This document shows positions 50,403-64,000 of a stretch of DNA of 64,000 nucleotides, piece by piece. A program made the translations under genes and the position numbers. The DNA is taken from assembly GCA_964304625.1 (NCBI GenBank), contig OZ199838.1, positions 10,547,817-10,611,816 on the forward strand, in the 5' to 3' direction. The notes beneath the pieces are model-generated. The model worked only from the letters and a program-made list of their open reading frames with translations, was not told where the DNA came from and made no database searches. Source of the stretch: Kudoa neothunni (taxonomy: Eukaryota > Animalia > Cnidaria). Numbering within the stretch: position 1 is the first letter of the stretch; each line of letters begins with the position of its first letter.

Positions 50403-53400
50403 ACTCTATTGAAATGACCTAAAATTATTTTCTTTATACTACCAATTCTAATGCCCCTTAAAGAGTTTTTTTCTCGCGTCATCCTTGCTTTCGTTTTTAT
50501 TGTTTTTCATCTAACTTTAATTTTAATTAACTTCGTAATATATAGGTGTGATCGTTCATATTTTGATATTTTAAATTAAATAAGGTGGTTGCTCTCATCT
50601 GAATTTTAGTAAATATAAAAATTTTCATTGTTCGGGTCGGGTTGGTGGGAATTGATATTTTTTTGGCAGTGAAGATAACGCTGATGAAAATGACTATGTG
50701 TGGCAAACCTTGCATACCTAAAAAATAGAATTTTTCATTCAGAGAAAGGAAATACAATACTAATTAACAATGGTGGTTTACTTATAGATTAAAAAATTCG
50801 ATGGTCTGTATGAAGCATGTAACCCGCAGAAAATATGGTGAATTTTTTTGAGTGACTCTTTATGAAACGAAAAGAATAAATAATTTAAAGGATCGCCTCA
50901 ATAATTCCTCCATTATTTTTGTTTTTTTCGCATGTCCAGGTGATTTGTTTGTCAATCCTCTACGTTATTCGAAAACGACCATCCTCACTCAAACGAATTA
51001 TGGGATGGAAATAACTCCCGTTTTTATCAATTAAACCCTTAACTCTATAGATGTTTTGCGGTCTGAATACAATATATTACTTAAAAATTGTTATTTAGAA
51101 TTGTGTAATGAGTTAGAATGGTTAAAACAATTTTATGAACCATTAACATCAAATTACAGGAAAAATGGGAATTAAATAATAATTCTATTCTTATGTATCA
51201 GAATCACATAAAAATTTTACGCTGACTCTAAAATGCATTGAAAATTAGTTTTTTATCAGATTTTTAAATTAAATAAGATAAAAAAAATTCTTAGATAGAT
51301 TGATTTTTCGTGCATGAGTGAAAATTTTGATGCCAACTTCTCATTTTCTTAATTATTCCATATCTAAAATTGTTTACAACTGATGTTTTTAAAAAGAGGT
51401 GCAACAGATTGAGTTTTAGTATATATTTTTGTCCATAAATTAGATACATTATATAATTATAATTTAATACAATAATGGTTTATTAGACAATACACAAAAT
51501 GTTAACCCATGTATAACATTTTAAATTTATTTCCAAACTTTTCAATTATATATGTTAATATTTTGAATATATTACAATTTTGCGTTTGTATCAATTATAT
51601 TGTATTTAATAATGCTTATTATATTTTTCAATGTGAATTCGAATATTACAATTAGAAGCCGTAATTTTCGATTAAAATCGATGAACGTCGAAAAGCATAA
51701 AATTTTTTAATATATTTTTACATGTTTCGGTTAAAATAAAGATAATTCGTCGTTTATTTTTAGTTTTATTATGGGTAGAAAAAGAAGACCAATTGACAAT
51801 TATATAGCCGGATAAATAGAGTTCATGAGGAAATCGACCCAAAAAATATATCAAAATTTGTAAACGTCGATCAACGAGAAATTTCACAGCAAGAGTGGTT
51901 GAAACTTTCACACCATAGAAATGATAAAATGATAGGTCCTGGATTTTAGAGAATAAATAAATCAAAGTATTCCATATTGTCTAGGATAGGCCAAGTTTTG
52001 GTGCATATCCCACTATCACCTACAGTCGTGGAAATAAGTTTCTCATAATCTATAAAGTAAATCTATCGCTTGATCGAATGAGAATTCCTTAAATATTATA
52101 TTCTATAAATTTTATTTTATAAAAAAATAAAATTTATATTTATATCTCTGACATTGAACATGATAATAAAGTTCTGTGTCACGCGTGTGCCAGTTTTTAA
52201 ATTAAACGTCGATTTTAATCGTCAAAAATTACAGCATCTAATTAAAATTATTTTGATTTTGATTTAAAATGAAAAAAAATATTTAAAATATGGCGTTACA
52301 GAGATGGAATTATCTCTTGTTCATTTAAATTCTGAATGAACATAAAACATAAGGCACAGAAGAGTTAATAAAAAATAGTAATCGAATGAATTTTTAGATA
52401 AACCCTAAACATTTCCTCTTGTAATTCCGGATAATAAAATTTAGTGATTTCATGAAATATTTCTCAAAATTTCGGTGGCGGAGACCCAAATTTAAACTGC
52501 TGTTTATGAGACAATGAATAATACGAAATTTACAAAATCTTGCCAATACATGAACTAAGTGATAGTAAGTGTTAGAAAACTTGAATTCATCTTATGTTAA
52601 AATTTTATGACTAATTAAACATTGTTAAGTCGAATCTTGAGTGATAAAAGACATCGCGAAACAATTAGCTTCTAAGTTCTCCAAGTCGGATTATTTAAGA
52701 TTATTGTTTGAGTAATAACCTTTTTTCTCTAAATTCCATCGATATTAATTATTTTTATTCTCAGGGTCATCTCGAATAAATTTTTTAAAAACAACGATGA
52801 AAAACATTTGGAGTTATTTATACCCAATAGGTCACTGAAGGATAAATTTTTAGTTCACAGCATATTTTTTGTTATTATTTTAAACTTTTTACGGTTATAC
52901 ATATCGTTTAATTAAGAGAATAACAAATATTTTATGAATTTTAATGGAAAATGAAATATTTTACTGGTGGATTAAAGTTGACTCAGGATGTAATAGATCC
53001 TAAGTCCATTAGGAGGTTAAATTAATATGATAAGTTGAACCATATTTGTTGAATTTAATTTCTAAATGGAGAACTAACGATTATTAGACGAAATTTATTT
53101 AGGTTTCTTATTAAATAATATTTTTGTGATAAGTTTTTATCCTTCGAATAAAAAACAATGTCTGATTGCATGGGGTAAATGTGAATAACTGCACTCATCT
53201 TTTAAATAAACGGACTCAATTATTCAACTTTACTCTTATTTTATATATTCATAAAATTTAAATATTTATTTTTTTAAATATATTACATTTTAACGATACT
53301 ATTTTAGATAAAAATGTCAGCCATATGTACGTAGGCGATTTATATTACACAGGAATTACTACATTGAGCTAATATAAATCTTGTGCAAATTCAAAAAATT

Positions 53401-53712
53401 TTGTCTTTATTATCGGAAATTGGTAGTGAATACATATTCATGAGGTTTTAACACTAAAAATATTACTACAAAAAGGAAATGGGAATATCATAATTCACAC
53501 AACTTTAGCTGATAAGTTATTATTTACATCCAGGTTTTATCTTATCACGTAATTAGTATTTTGGGGGGTTTCTGTTATAATTACTTTTAATTCAATTAAT
53601 TCCCCGTGATGCCTCCATTAGAAAATTAGTTAAACCATAGTAATCGTGTTATTATATGAACAGATAATTATTCTGAATATCTTAAACTTCAAATAGCACA
53701 TACTATCTTAAG

Positions 53713-54130
53713 GCATGTATGACCCGGCATTCAAGCCAGCTGTGAAAACAAAAATAAAAATGGCCACATATAAAAACGATTGAATAAGCTTCTAAAAATG
53801 CTATCCTTAGAAGAATCAATGGGATTTGGTGTTAGGAATATTGAGAAGGTGTTTAGGGATAAATTTACGGGTATCTAATCAGATGGTGGTTTATCATAAG
53901 AAAAATAATTATGGCGATAGATATGCGATGAAAATGCACTATTATAAGTACTATAGCAACGTTTATCATAAGAGTTTATCAAAACAAATTTCATTCGATT
54001 ATTCACAGAAATTCTCGTAGGAATAGATGTTTATTCAATAGATTGATTGAAAATAAACATTATTGGTCACTAATAAAGGAGTATTTTCGTGTAGAAAGAC
54101 TAACAAGTTATTCAGAACGGAACTATTTGA
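53713..54130 (+). CDS. Possible short exons of an unidentified gene (may be the 5' part of the 55.2-57.5 kb gene)
   Basis: GT-AG splicing joins MYDPAFKPA-LLKMLSLEESMGFGVRNIEK-MVVYHKKNNYGDRYAMKMHYYK-NSRRNRCLFNRLIENKHYWSLIKEYF. No recognised homology. Confidence 0.35.
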
Positions 54131-55230
54131 GTTAAGGTAAATAAGAAGTCGACCTGATTCATTTCTGAAATAAAGGTAATCAAGTTTATTGTTATAAATT
54201 AATGAGATTCACAGGGCTCATTAGATACTTAAATACCTAGATTTATCAAATATCAAACTTTAATTCATAAAATGTTTGATATGGTTGATATCATATACAT
54301 GTATACTATTACTTATGTGAATATATTATATGGGGTGGGATAAAGTATTAGATATGATCGGAACATTTCTTAAAAATGTGATATTTATAGTATTAACTGA
54401 CCAAATTATTTTTTACAACCTTTAGAATTAGTTTTAATAACTCGTATTATCACTCTCTAGTAAATTAAAGTGTTAATCGGAGGGTCAATGCACACGTAAT
54501 AGTCTGTCAGTTGACAGGTTCCATAGGTCTGATCAAAATAGATGTGATTGTTTTTAGTGTAATCTTATAAAATTAAAATCTTATTAAATTGTCATTAGAT
54601 GCCAAAATAGTAATTTGATGGTTGTTGCAATCGGTTATTCAATATATTTCTATTATTCAGTGGGCAAATGTGCTGAAAATAGATAAGAATGTTTTAATGA
54701 GAGTATAGAAAAGATTTTTAATCAAGAATTGATGCAAAAATTTTTGATTATTATGAATAATCTTGTAGGAAATATTTAAAATGATTATGGCCGAGCGTTA
54801 AAACATTACATTAAAGTTTGTTTGTTTAATCTAGAGCCGAGATTAGATTGAACCTATGCGAAAAAACTCTGTGACAAAAATTTCATCCCCTTAGCAATAA
54901 TTTAAAATAATCCAGAAAAGGATAAAGAGCTTATTGTTCGATCATTATTATCGTTGATAAGAGTATTCACAAGCCTACGACATTATACAAAACCAAAAAA
55001 TGAACAATGATGATAATGTAATGTTATTTTTTTATGAAGATTTAAGATATTTATTTTAAATGTAGCCTAATAACGACTATGTGCTGGATAGCAAAGTCCA
55101 GTTGAGTAGACCTAGAATAAAAAATTTCCGAAAAAATGCTCCCACTTGTATGAACTCTTCAAAAGTTGTAATTGTTGAGTAATGAGGATGTTATAACAAT
55201 TTAATTTTTGAAATATTAAACTATTTTCAG

Positions 55231-57547
55231 AACTCCCATTGAAAAGTTAAATGACCACCTTTACACATCTACCACAAAAAATAGAAACATTCACGATTTT
55301 TCCAGAAATAACAACTATGGTCAAACAAACCTGGTATATATATATATATATATGACATCACATTTGACAATAAAAACTTTATGCATTGGCTTAACTTTTG
55401 TGTAAATAATGAGAATTATTCTAGACTAGAAATAAAACATGCAGTCCTTTGAAGCCTGGAAACATTGGTCTAGGCATGAAAATGCCAGGCTTGGGAGAAA
55501 TTACAGATATGAGAGCTCAGCTTAGAAACCATAAATCCATTCATTCGCCAATAAAAATTCAGACAAGTATTAGATAAGCTAAAGCTAGAAAGAATAGTTA
55601 TTTGGAAAATTTTGGATTATTTTGTAGAGTCATTTATCAGCCCTTCCACTAAGAGTTCGTTGCCACAAACCAAACCCGTCAGTATCGATCTTAATGATAG
55701 TGGAACAAGGTTTTTTGTTAGAAATGACGACATTTTATATTAATAATTCTAATAGCACAATGAATGCACCGTCTAGTAGTTCCGGGAGAGTTACCAAATT
55801 TACTCCCTCTCAAAAAGTTTCTACACCTAAAAATCTGCTTGTGAATGGTGGTTTATTAGCTAATTAAAACTTTATGATTTATTCAACCCTCCATAAGATA
55901 AACCCATTTCTACCGATAAAGTCCAACATAAGGGAGCTTACTCAACCAGAAATAACACAACTAACAATCAACATCGAGCTACAGGATTGCGAACTACTAT
56001 AGCCGATAAACGATTGTCTGGTATGATTGTGGTGGATAGGGGATTTTTTTCTATATACAGATTTAACTAGATTTCAATGCAATGCCGATGTCTTCATTTG
56101 ACAAAATCCAGCAGAACAATAAGTCTTCTAAAGATGACTCAAAAAGTATAGATTCGATGAACAGAATTTTATTATATTTGATTTTATAGTTACAAACCAA
56201 ACTTCTGAAAGAATGTCTACCTTTAAACATTTAAATACAACGAACAATAGGCCAGCAAGCATAGTAGCTGGTACATCGACTTTCAATACACCTAAAACAC
56301 CAAAAACCCCCATTACCAGCCCTGCCAGCAGTTCTCCAAACAATAGATCGAATAATTATAACAAAGCTATAAGCAGAAGTAGTTTTTTGGTAACGTTTTG
56401 GTTAGTAACAGTAAATACTGAAATAGATGAAACAACGAGCCCCAAAGGATCGCCAGTTTCCAGATTTTCACAAAAGAAAGAAACTATAGTTAAAAAAGAA
56501 TGTCAAAAAGTTCAGGAACCAATGACTAGTCCCCCCTCTATCGCAAGATCTAAAAGTAATAAACATTTATTGAAGAAATTCACCTACTTTGACAGCTTCT
56601 CATGATCCCTATCGAAAGCCAAATGACGTTTCTACCACTGTGACGGCCACCGCACAGAGAACTATTATTAACAGTTCTCCTAAATCGAAAAAACATGATC
56701 ACGTTATCTCCGATAATATCGCAAAGAATATTAGTACTACACATAGTAAATTCTTATATTTTATATAAACACGCAGAATTTTTTGAAAAGACCTCGGAAA
56801 AAATGTTCGAAGAAAATATCCATAATGCTCTCAATGTAGAGAAAAGAGTAGCTGCCATTGAGCGATTTAGAGTTAAAAGGTACCATAGACATTTCTGGTA
56901 AAAATAAAATTTAGCCATCGAAATAGACAAAACTCCCTGGATCATCTTTTGAGTTCTAAAGAAAAACTTGAAATCACTTCAAGGTACTCCCCCGAAATTT
57001 CACCATCAAGTTATAAGTCACCAATACGCGATACAGACAATAAAATACGGTTTGATTCTAAACGACGATCAGGTATTGACGATTTGGATTATTTATGTCG
57101 ATCAATTAAAATCCCAATCAGTTAGTACAGATCTGGAATACAGTTGCCCAGGCGAAAGAATCAGACAAACCTTGGCCATATTTGCTGAATACGGTACGAT
57201 AATTTATTAAAATACATTCATTTAACCATATAAACTAGGTAAGAAAAACAACTCCAATGATATAAAAAAATCAAAAATATCAACTCATACTAGAGTCAGG
57301 CGTGGTAACCACCCTAAAACAGCATATAATATAGCAGGATCACCTATTTCAGTAAAATCCATCGCATCCGTATACGTTGAAAATGTTTACCAAAATAAGT
57401 CCGTTTAAATTTAATAGATTACTACTAAATAAATTATTTAGACACCTTCCAATTAAATATCAATGTCAAAGTAGGGCCAATTCGAGAACTACGCAAAACA
57501 AGACCGATATAACTTCGCTCATCAAAAGTTTTGATAAAGACTTCTAA
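55231..57547 (+). CDS. Unidentified intron-rich gene, 3' part, encoding a S/T/P/K-rich disordered region
   Basis: About 13 consecutive exons joinable in frame by 40-90-nt GT-AG introns (e.g. GLGMKMPGLGEITDMRAQLRNHKS, TPKTPKTPITSPASSSP, ending SLIKSFDKDF*). Start not found; some junctions ambiguous. Confidence 0.6.
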
Positions 57548-58092
57548 TTAATAAAAAAAGTTCGTTGTACTTACTAGATTTTACAAATTTTTTATATAGC
57601 AGAAATATTTGATTGAATTGTTTTTAATATTCATATTTAAAACATGCTATTTTCTTTATTGCAAAAATTACAGATTTTAGTTTAAGTGATATCTTTTTTT
57701 ATTTTCGATAACCAAAACGACCTTTTAAAATTCAAGTGATGAGAAAAATTAATATGCATATATATAATAAAGTTTTTACGTTAAATATGTTGAAAACTTT
57801 ATTTTTATATGTGCGTGACCACAGTATCTATTTCAAAGAGTGTGCACATTAAGTGAAAACCTTAAAACGCCGAGTTAGAGTTAAATAATATCAAAGCTAC
57901 TCCAAAATTATTCTTAATCATTTTTCTATATTTCTATATTGTTTGAAAAATAGTGTATTTTTTATTTGGGGAAATATCCAAGTATAGGTAAACTAAAATA
58001 CTTATCGATAAATCCATCCAATGTATTATTTGATTCTGACGTTAAGATATCATCAGCTGCAAGATGTTACGCAGAAGAAAAACATGTTTATA

Positions 58093-59072
58093 CAGTCGAA
58101 TTCCGTTTACCCGAAATTTCAGCAAACGCAATCTGAAATAACTTTTTGTTGGAATTTTCGGATAAAAATGTCTTGAAGTCTGGATTAGTGCCTGGTTAAA
58201 ATGGCACCTACATTTATTTTTTTGATACATATGTTCGTTATTTATTCAATTTTAGTTTATGTTTTATTAATAGAAATAGCGTAACGTAGATAATACAGTA
58301 TTTTTTGTTCAAGATGCAATCTTGTTTTTAATAGGCAGAAAAATGTTGAGTAAAAGCAAATTCCCTTACATCTTTTCATGAATAAGAAAAAATAAAAATG
58401 AAATTTATTGGATTGTTTAGTCACAAACTAGCAGTGACTTCATAAGACAAAGTTATCCATGGAATTGACTCAATTCAACAATGTTCACACATCAGTTTTT
58501 TCCCACAACACCTCCGTTTCTAAGTCTTATTGAGTCTTAACAATCATTAATAAATATTAAATGGTTGGAATATGACGTGTTTAATTAATGAGGAAATTTT
58601 AAATATCGTTATGGAAAATTATGGGAAATTACTCCTCATTGTTACATTATTCTTAACATCATTATTAGTACAGCTCACAATATCCAAACAGGGAAGAAAT
58701 TATAAAGAAATTAATAATAATAATAATGGTCCATTTTCTAGAATCTAGGAGGTATCATTCTAAAATGGCGCAGCAGCGTTAAGATCGCACATATCGGTAA
58801 TATGCGTGCGTCGACTACATTGGATCTAGGACTACTGTGCTTTAAACTAATGTTTTCACATTGTATTCACTAGTAAAACTTATATGTAGTAGAGTTTTCT
58901 TTTAAAAAAATTATAAAACAAACGTTGAATAATGAAAAATAAAGTATGTAACCAATCTATAATTTTTTCACACCACATATGCGCATTTAATAGAACTTCG
59001 TTTAACCGAAATTTCAGTATCCGAAAAGCAAATGTCGGGTCCCAACATTTTCGGATAAACGGGTTTCAAATG
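58093..59072. mobile_element. pogo/Tigger-like MITE
   Basis: TA|CAGTCGAATTCCGTTTACCCGAAA ... TTTCGGATAAACGGGTTTCAAATG|TA imperfect TIRs with TA duplication and subterminal repeats. Confidence 0.72.
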
Positions 59073-59457
59073 TATCTATTTAATCACTGTTTTATTATTT
59101 AAAGAAAAAATATTTTCATTCATATAAATTTTCCTTGGATTATTTTGTTGTATTTTTAATTTGACACATTATAACATCTAAAAGTATTTCTAATAATTCA
59201 CATTTTTAAATGGATTAATATTACCTATAGAATAATTCTGGTAGTTTACTTAAATAAAATTTATACTTAATATTAAATCTGACGATATTAATGTTTGAAT
59301 CGAATGTTTCTACAACCAATTAGACAACAAATCTGAGATAAATGATAATTTTTCACTTTAATTTATACGTTTTTAAATATTGTATACGATAAGATATTGA
59401 GAATTCGCGACAAATCTCAAGTCTCACTATACTTCCCAATATCCAAGCCTCGTTTAA

Positions 59458-61419
59458 CCCTCTAACGACATTGGGGTAGATTTAACCTTAGATTTCTTTA
59501 TTATTTTATTTGTAAAATTATTATAAAGTAATATGCGAAGTTATGAAAAATTCATACGAACAGATTTACAGGAAAATACAGAATATTGGCATCATTAAGC
59601 CCATTTTAATCCTTTCGGATGATGTCGCGCATTGTTCAAAAACTTATATAAACGCGTCCAGCGAATGAAATGTGTATTTTTGGTCAACATAAATAGACGA
59701 CTAAATAAAAAATAATATATAATCAAATTAATTGTTTATTTTGAGAAATCCAAACAGATTTTTGATGAGTGATCTTTGCAATAATATCGTTGACAGATTT
59801 CGTAACATGAGGCTGTTTTTTATCATTTTTCGAGGACATAGTTAGCACCTAGATTGTGATTTCGAATTTGAAGGATCATTATGTTTATTTGGTAGGGATG
59901 TAAGAGTCCTTTTGACTACTTTTTCCAATTTAGTATTTCTACTAAGAAGTTACCTGTACATTAATTCTGCCATTTCACTAAAAAAACTCTTCTTTTTAGG
60001 GTTTTTTAATGTTTTTATAGATTCAGAAGGCTTTGATTAATGATATGTCAATAATATTATAAAATACGACGACTGGCCATCTTCTGCATAACATACGAAC
60101 GGATACCGAAGATATCATCCTGTCGACAGTATCGACCCCACCTTTAAAGCTATCGTAGTGCTCTATAACGTGTGGTTTTTGTCATTTTGTAGACTTCCTA
60201 TGTTGGTGTTATTTTTTCCTGTCGTTAGTAAATTAACGGCCTTTCCTTTCTTGAGAACATATGACGTTATCATGTTTTTCTCATGGAAGAGAAATATGGT
60301 ACTATGCAACGCCCTGTTCCTTTATGGAAGCACGCATGGAGGCAAATCCCTCTTATTATTCCTTATATGTCCAAAATAAGTAAGGCGTTTTTGCAGCAAC
60401 TTGGATGTCAGTGATAGCGACGAACAAAAATTATCCGCAACAATGTTCCTCACAGAATTATACAATGGAGATGCAAGTGAAAGAACAATGCTTTCGCCAA
60501 CTCCAACACTTCTAGTAGCGTTTTCGCTATTTTTCCCGTGATAAGTAGAAATATTGAGATCATATTTCGCTGGTTTTTAAGGCATATATTGCCTAAGGAG
60601 CATCTTACTTTAAAAGGGAAAAGTTGTTCGTCAATTGTGACGTTTTCACGAGGCGCACAGTACTTGGGTAATTCGTTCACCCACATGTTCCAAACATCAC
60701 GAAGTGCAGCAAATTTATCAACACTTCTTTGCATTTTTGTGCCTTTATTGTCAAAGTGTAGTGCTTGTGATATTTGTAAAAAGCGAGTTCGAGAAAAAAG
60801 CTGACGATAAATTGGCTTCCTTCAGATAAACTAAAAATTGCATGCAAAGGTTCCGCTCTCTCTTGATGAATTCCCATTAAGATAAGGATTCCCAGGAACC
60901 TTTTAAATTCAACATCATCAATTTCTTTCCATGAATTGTGGAAATAATCACGTCCAAACATATTGGTGTTTTTAATAATTTCTCCACAAATATCTTCATT
61001 AAAGAATATCAAAAAACAATCCAAAACTTCTTTTATGCGTTGAATACAGTAAATTGTTGGTCCTGGATTACAATTCATTATGTTTTCAATTGATGTTTTT
61101 GAAGCAGATAGCTTAATTAGGCTCCAAACAATCCCACTTTTTCCCTCAGCGGAGTCTTGGTTACATTCGATTTCATAGCATTCGTCAGATAATTCTAGAT
61201 ACTCAGACAAGCAGTCCTCGACTTGATTACCATATGGTTCGAGCTCCTCAATAAATTCGGAAAAATCACTACTCATATTTACTTTTTAAAATAAGCCGAC
61301 CACGTGCGTTTAATGATGCGATTTGTTAGGTTATCTGCCGCATTTTAATTTACTAATTAAAATACTTAAGAATTTTGACGGTTATTGTTTAAATCTAATA
61401 AAATATGATATTCTAAGAG
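59458..61419 (-). mobile_element. piggyBac transposon (PGBD4-like), decayed
   Basis: Transposase 61276..~59760 with TIDEQLFPFK, IVADNF, GGVDTVD (all three catalytic Asp) but frameshifted. TTAA|CCC at 59454-60 and GAG|TTAA at 61417-23; TIR similarity is weak. Confidence 0.8.
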
Positions 61420-61999
61420 TTAAACGTTCCCCCTATAACCTGTGAGAATACATCGGTAGTGGTGAAGTATGTGACTCCAGAAAAACACCATCTTGCGCTC
61501 GTTTTTTCTTTTACGATTATCAATAATAAGTCAAAAGAATACCGAGTGAAAATACTGATCTAAAATTAATTACTTCTAAATTTTTGCCTAATTCCTATTC
61601 GACAACAGTCGGATACACGTGTAATCTACATCGTTTTGCAATAAACACCGGGAAATAGCGTATTATTTGCATACTTTATCCTGATTAGTACATTGTAACC
61701 ATTATTTAAATTTTCTTAAGCTTTTCATACCAAATTTAGCCTAGTAAACCTTCTAAATAAGCTTATCTAACATTAAGAAATAATGTGTCATCTATCTTTA
61801 TTTCTAAATGTCAAATTAACTTTTAAAACATTTAGTCACATCTATAATTGTTTATTTTAGTTTATAAATTTTTATTTGTACATTGTTATTAGTGAAAAAT
61901 TTTTTATACACCAATTACTCGAAAAATTGAAACTGACAATAATTACATTAATCGTACGTTGATATTTTTGGCTACAAAATTGAAGAGAGTCATTAATAC

Positions 62000-62165
62000 T
62001 GTTAGGGCAAGGAACCATCGTTCAATATAACAATAATAATATAGAGGCTAATATAAGGGTGTTTATATAGTTAGCGCCAACTGTATATTAATACACGTAG
62101 GTACCGACCAAGATAATGTGTGTCATTATACCTTTGACGTCAAAGACTAACTGTCAGCCCCAACA
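62000..62165 (-). repeat. 3' LTR of Gypsy element (166 bp)
   Basis: Minus strand TGTTGGGGC...GCCCTAACA inverted ends, immediately preceded by the polypurine tract GAAAGGGGGAATAG (62166-62179). Internal TATATAAA. Confidence 0.85.
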
Positions 62166-64000
62166 CTATTCCCCCTTTCAACAGTTTCACCACAAGAGCT
62201 TTCAAACAACGTTCCGTTTCCCAACACATTGCTGCGATCCACATAAGGCTTCAGTTTATCGAAGTTAGTTACCAAAACTTTACCGTTCAAATCCAGTCTA
62301 TAGACAGAGTCTGAAATTAGCTGCTTGACCGTGTATGGTCCATCATAATACGGATCTAATTTATGCTTTCTAATTGGAATATACACCCACACTTTATCGC
62401 CGACGTTGTAAGGAGATCCATAAACACGCTTGTTATATCTTGATTTTGTTTTGTCCAAGTCTAATTCCATATTCTCTTTTGCTACTCTCCGAGCTAATTG
62501 CATATCTTTCACCAAACAACGGACATAATCTTCTTCACAGAATAAAATTTGATCAGTATTTAGAGTAACATCTAGGGGTGATTTTATTTCTCTTCCTAAC
62601 ATAAGAAAATTTGGCGAAAATTTTGATGCTGAATGTATTGCTCCTCTGTATGCCATCATTACAAAAGGAACTTGATCGTCCCAACTTTGACTTTCGGAAG
62701 ACACCTTGCTCAGCATATCAATGATTGTTCGATTTAACCGCTCCACCATCCCATCCGATTTTGGATTATAAGCACAAGTTCTAGTCTTCTTAATTCCCAT
62801 AATTTTGCACATTTCCATGAACAGCATAGACTCAAAATTAGTGCCTTGATCACTGTGTATTGAAGACGGTATCCCGAAACGACTAAACACATGTTTGATC
62901 AGTTTTTTCACAATTGTTTGTGCTCCTTGGTCCTTGATGGGAAACGCCTCAGCCCATTTGGTGAAGTAATCCTGTATCACGCATATGAAGCGATTTCCAC
63001 GGACTGTAGTTTTTTAAAGGACCAACTATATCAATCGCGACTCTTTCCATTGGAAAAGAGTAAATTTCTGTATCAAGCTTTGCGATAAACTTTTTCGTAG
63101 ATCGATTCCGCTCAGAGCACTCTTCACAAGATTCGCACCACTTACGAACATCTCTTCTCTGTAACGGCCAAAAGAATTTGGATCTAACTTTTTCAGACAT
63201 CTTATTATACCCAAGATGACCAGCCGTAATATCGTCGTGAGAAGATTGAAGTATGACCTTTTTAAGACCATCTGGGACGACCAATCTTAAGGTTTCCGTT
63301 TTCGTGTGCTCATCCACATAAGCTCTGAAGAGAACTCCATTAACAAGTTTCAGACTATCACGCAGCATCCACAATATTTTTACTTCATTACATTCTTCTT
63401 TTGGAACTTTATTTGGAAGAGAATTTAATTCAATCCAACTAATGACTTTTCTTATTACAGAATCGTTCCTTTGCTCAGATTTTATTGTATTATTATCAAG
63501 ACCACATATTTTTGTCGCAACATTCACTTCTGTTTCGGTAGGAACTCGTGATAAGGAATCAGCATTTGTGTGGATTTTTCCCGGCCGATGGACAATATCT
63601 AGATCGAACTCTGCTAACTGCTCTAACCAACGGGCTACTTGTCCTTCGGGGTTCTTGAAGGAGAGCAGCCACTTTAGTGCATTATGATCAGTCCGGACCA
63701 AGAATTTTTTACCTAATAAATAGGCTTTAAAATATTTCACAAAGTGAACCAGAGCCAATAATTCCTTTCTGGTGGTACTATAATTTTTCTCTCGATTAGA
63801 TAAACTTCGGCTACCAAAAGCAATGACTTTCTCTTTTCCATCTATCAGTTGTGAAAAAATACCTCCAACAAATACATTGCTCGCGTCAGTATCAAGAATG
63901 AAAGGAGCGTTACAATCAGGAAAACTTAACAATTCCGGCTTTACAATGGCTTTTTTCAATTCTTCAAAACTTGCGGTACAATCCTGAGACCAATTCCATT
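62147..64000 (-). mobile_element. pol: Ty3/Gypsy LTR retrotransposon pol (RT connection-RNase H-integrase), 5' part outside window
   Basis: RNase H FILDTDAS..YSTTRKELLA..TDHNAL; integrase HHCC (HDDITAGHLG..CEEC), DDE (IDIVG, HSDQG, GMVER) and GPY. One +1 break at 63010-63015. Confidence 0.95.

Noticed and set aside
2380-57885. Orphan TE-like ends (TTAA-CCC-type at ~2395, ~5495, ~51035, ~57880; CAAGGTTGCCA at 23354; TA-CAGTCGTGG at 52021; TCTATCTATAAT at ~9258)
   Set aside because: No partner terminus or TSD could be matched, so element boundaries cannot be supported.
63005-63020. Programmed -1 frameshift at T TTA AAA in Gypsy pol
   Set aside because: The downstream frame is +1, not -1, and the break lies inside the integrase catalytic core; a homopolymer indel is simpler.
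1-64000. CRISPR arrays, prokaryotic operons, or stop-codon reassignment
   Set aside because: The DNA is eukaryotic with spliceosomal introns and has no regularly spaced repeats. Long conserved exons are open in the standard code, and in-frame stops occur only in decayed TEs.

Overview
AT-rich animal genomic DNA with very short spliceosomal introns (mostly about 35-60 nt). This fits a genome-reduced parasite such as a myxozoan cnidarian, but the taxon is an inference. The left ~30 kb is a transposon-rich compartment (hAT/Buster, Merlin, two MULEs, a long-TIR element, a Helitron, a tRNA-headed SINE). It carries two kinds of unusual predicted cell-surface or secreted gene that the ORF track misses or truncates. 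(i) A tandem pair of intron-dense, highly divergent integrin-beta-like genes that have lost the betaI metal-binding residues and show an excess of amino-acid-changing differences between the copies. (ii) A ~2020-aa type I membrane protein built from four ~460-500-aa helical repeats. The middle holds conserved housekeeping genes: SETD3 head-to-head with SDA1, then ESS2/DGCR14 next to clathrin heavy chain. The right end has an unidentified intron-rich S/T/P-rich gene, a pogo-like MITE, a decayed piggyBac and the 3' half of a near-intact Gypsy LTR element. Exon structures were derived by hand translation; no database searches were run.
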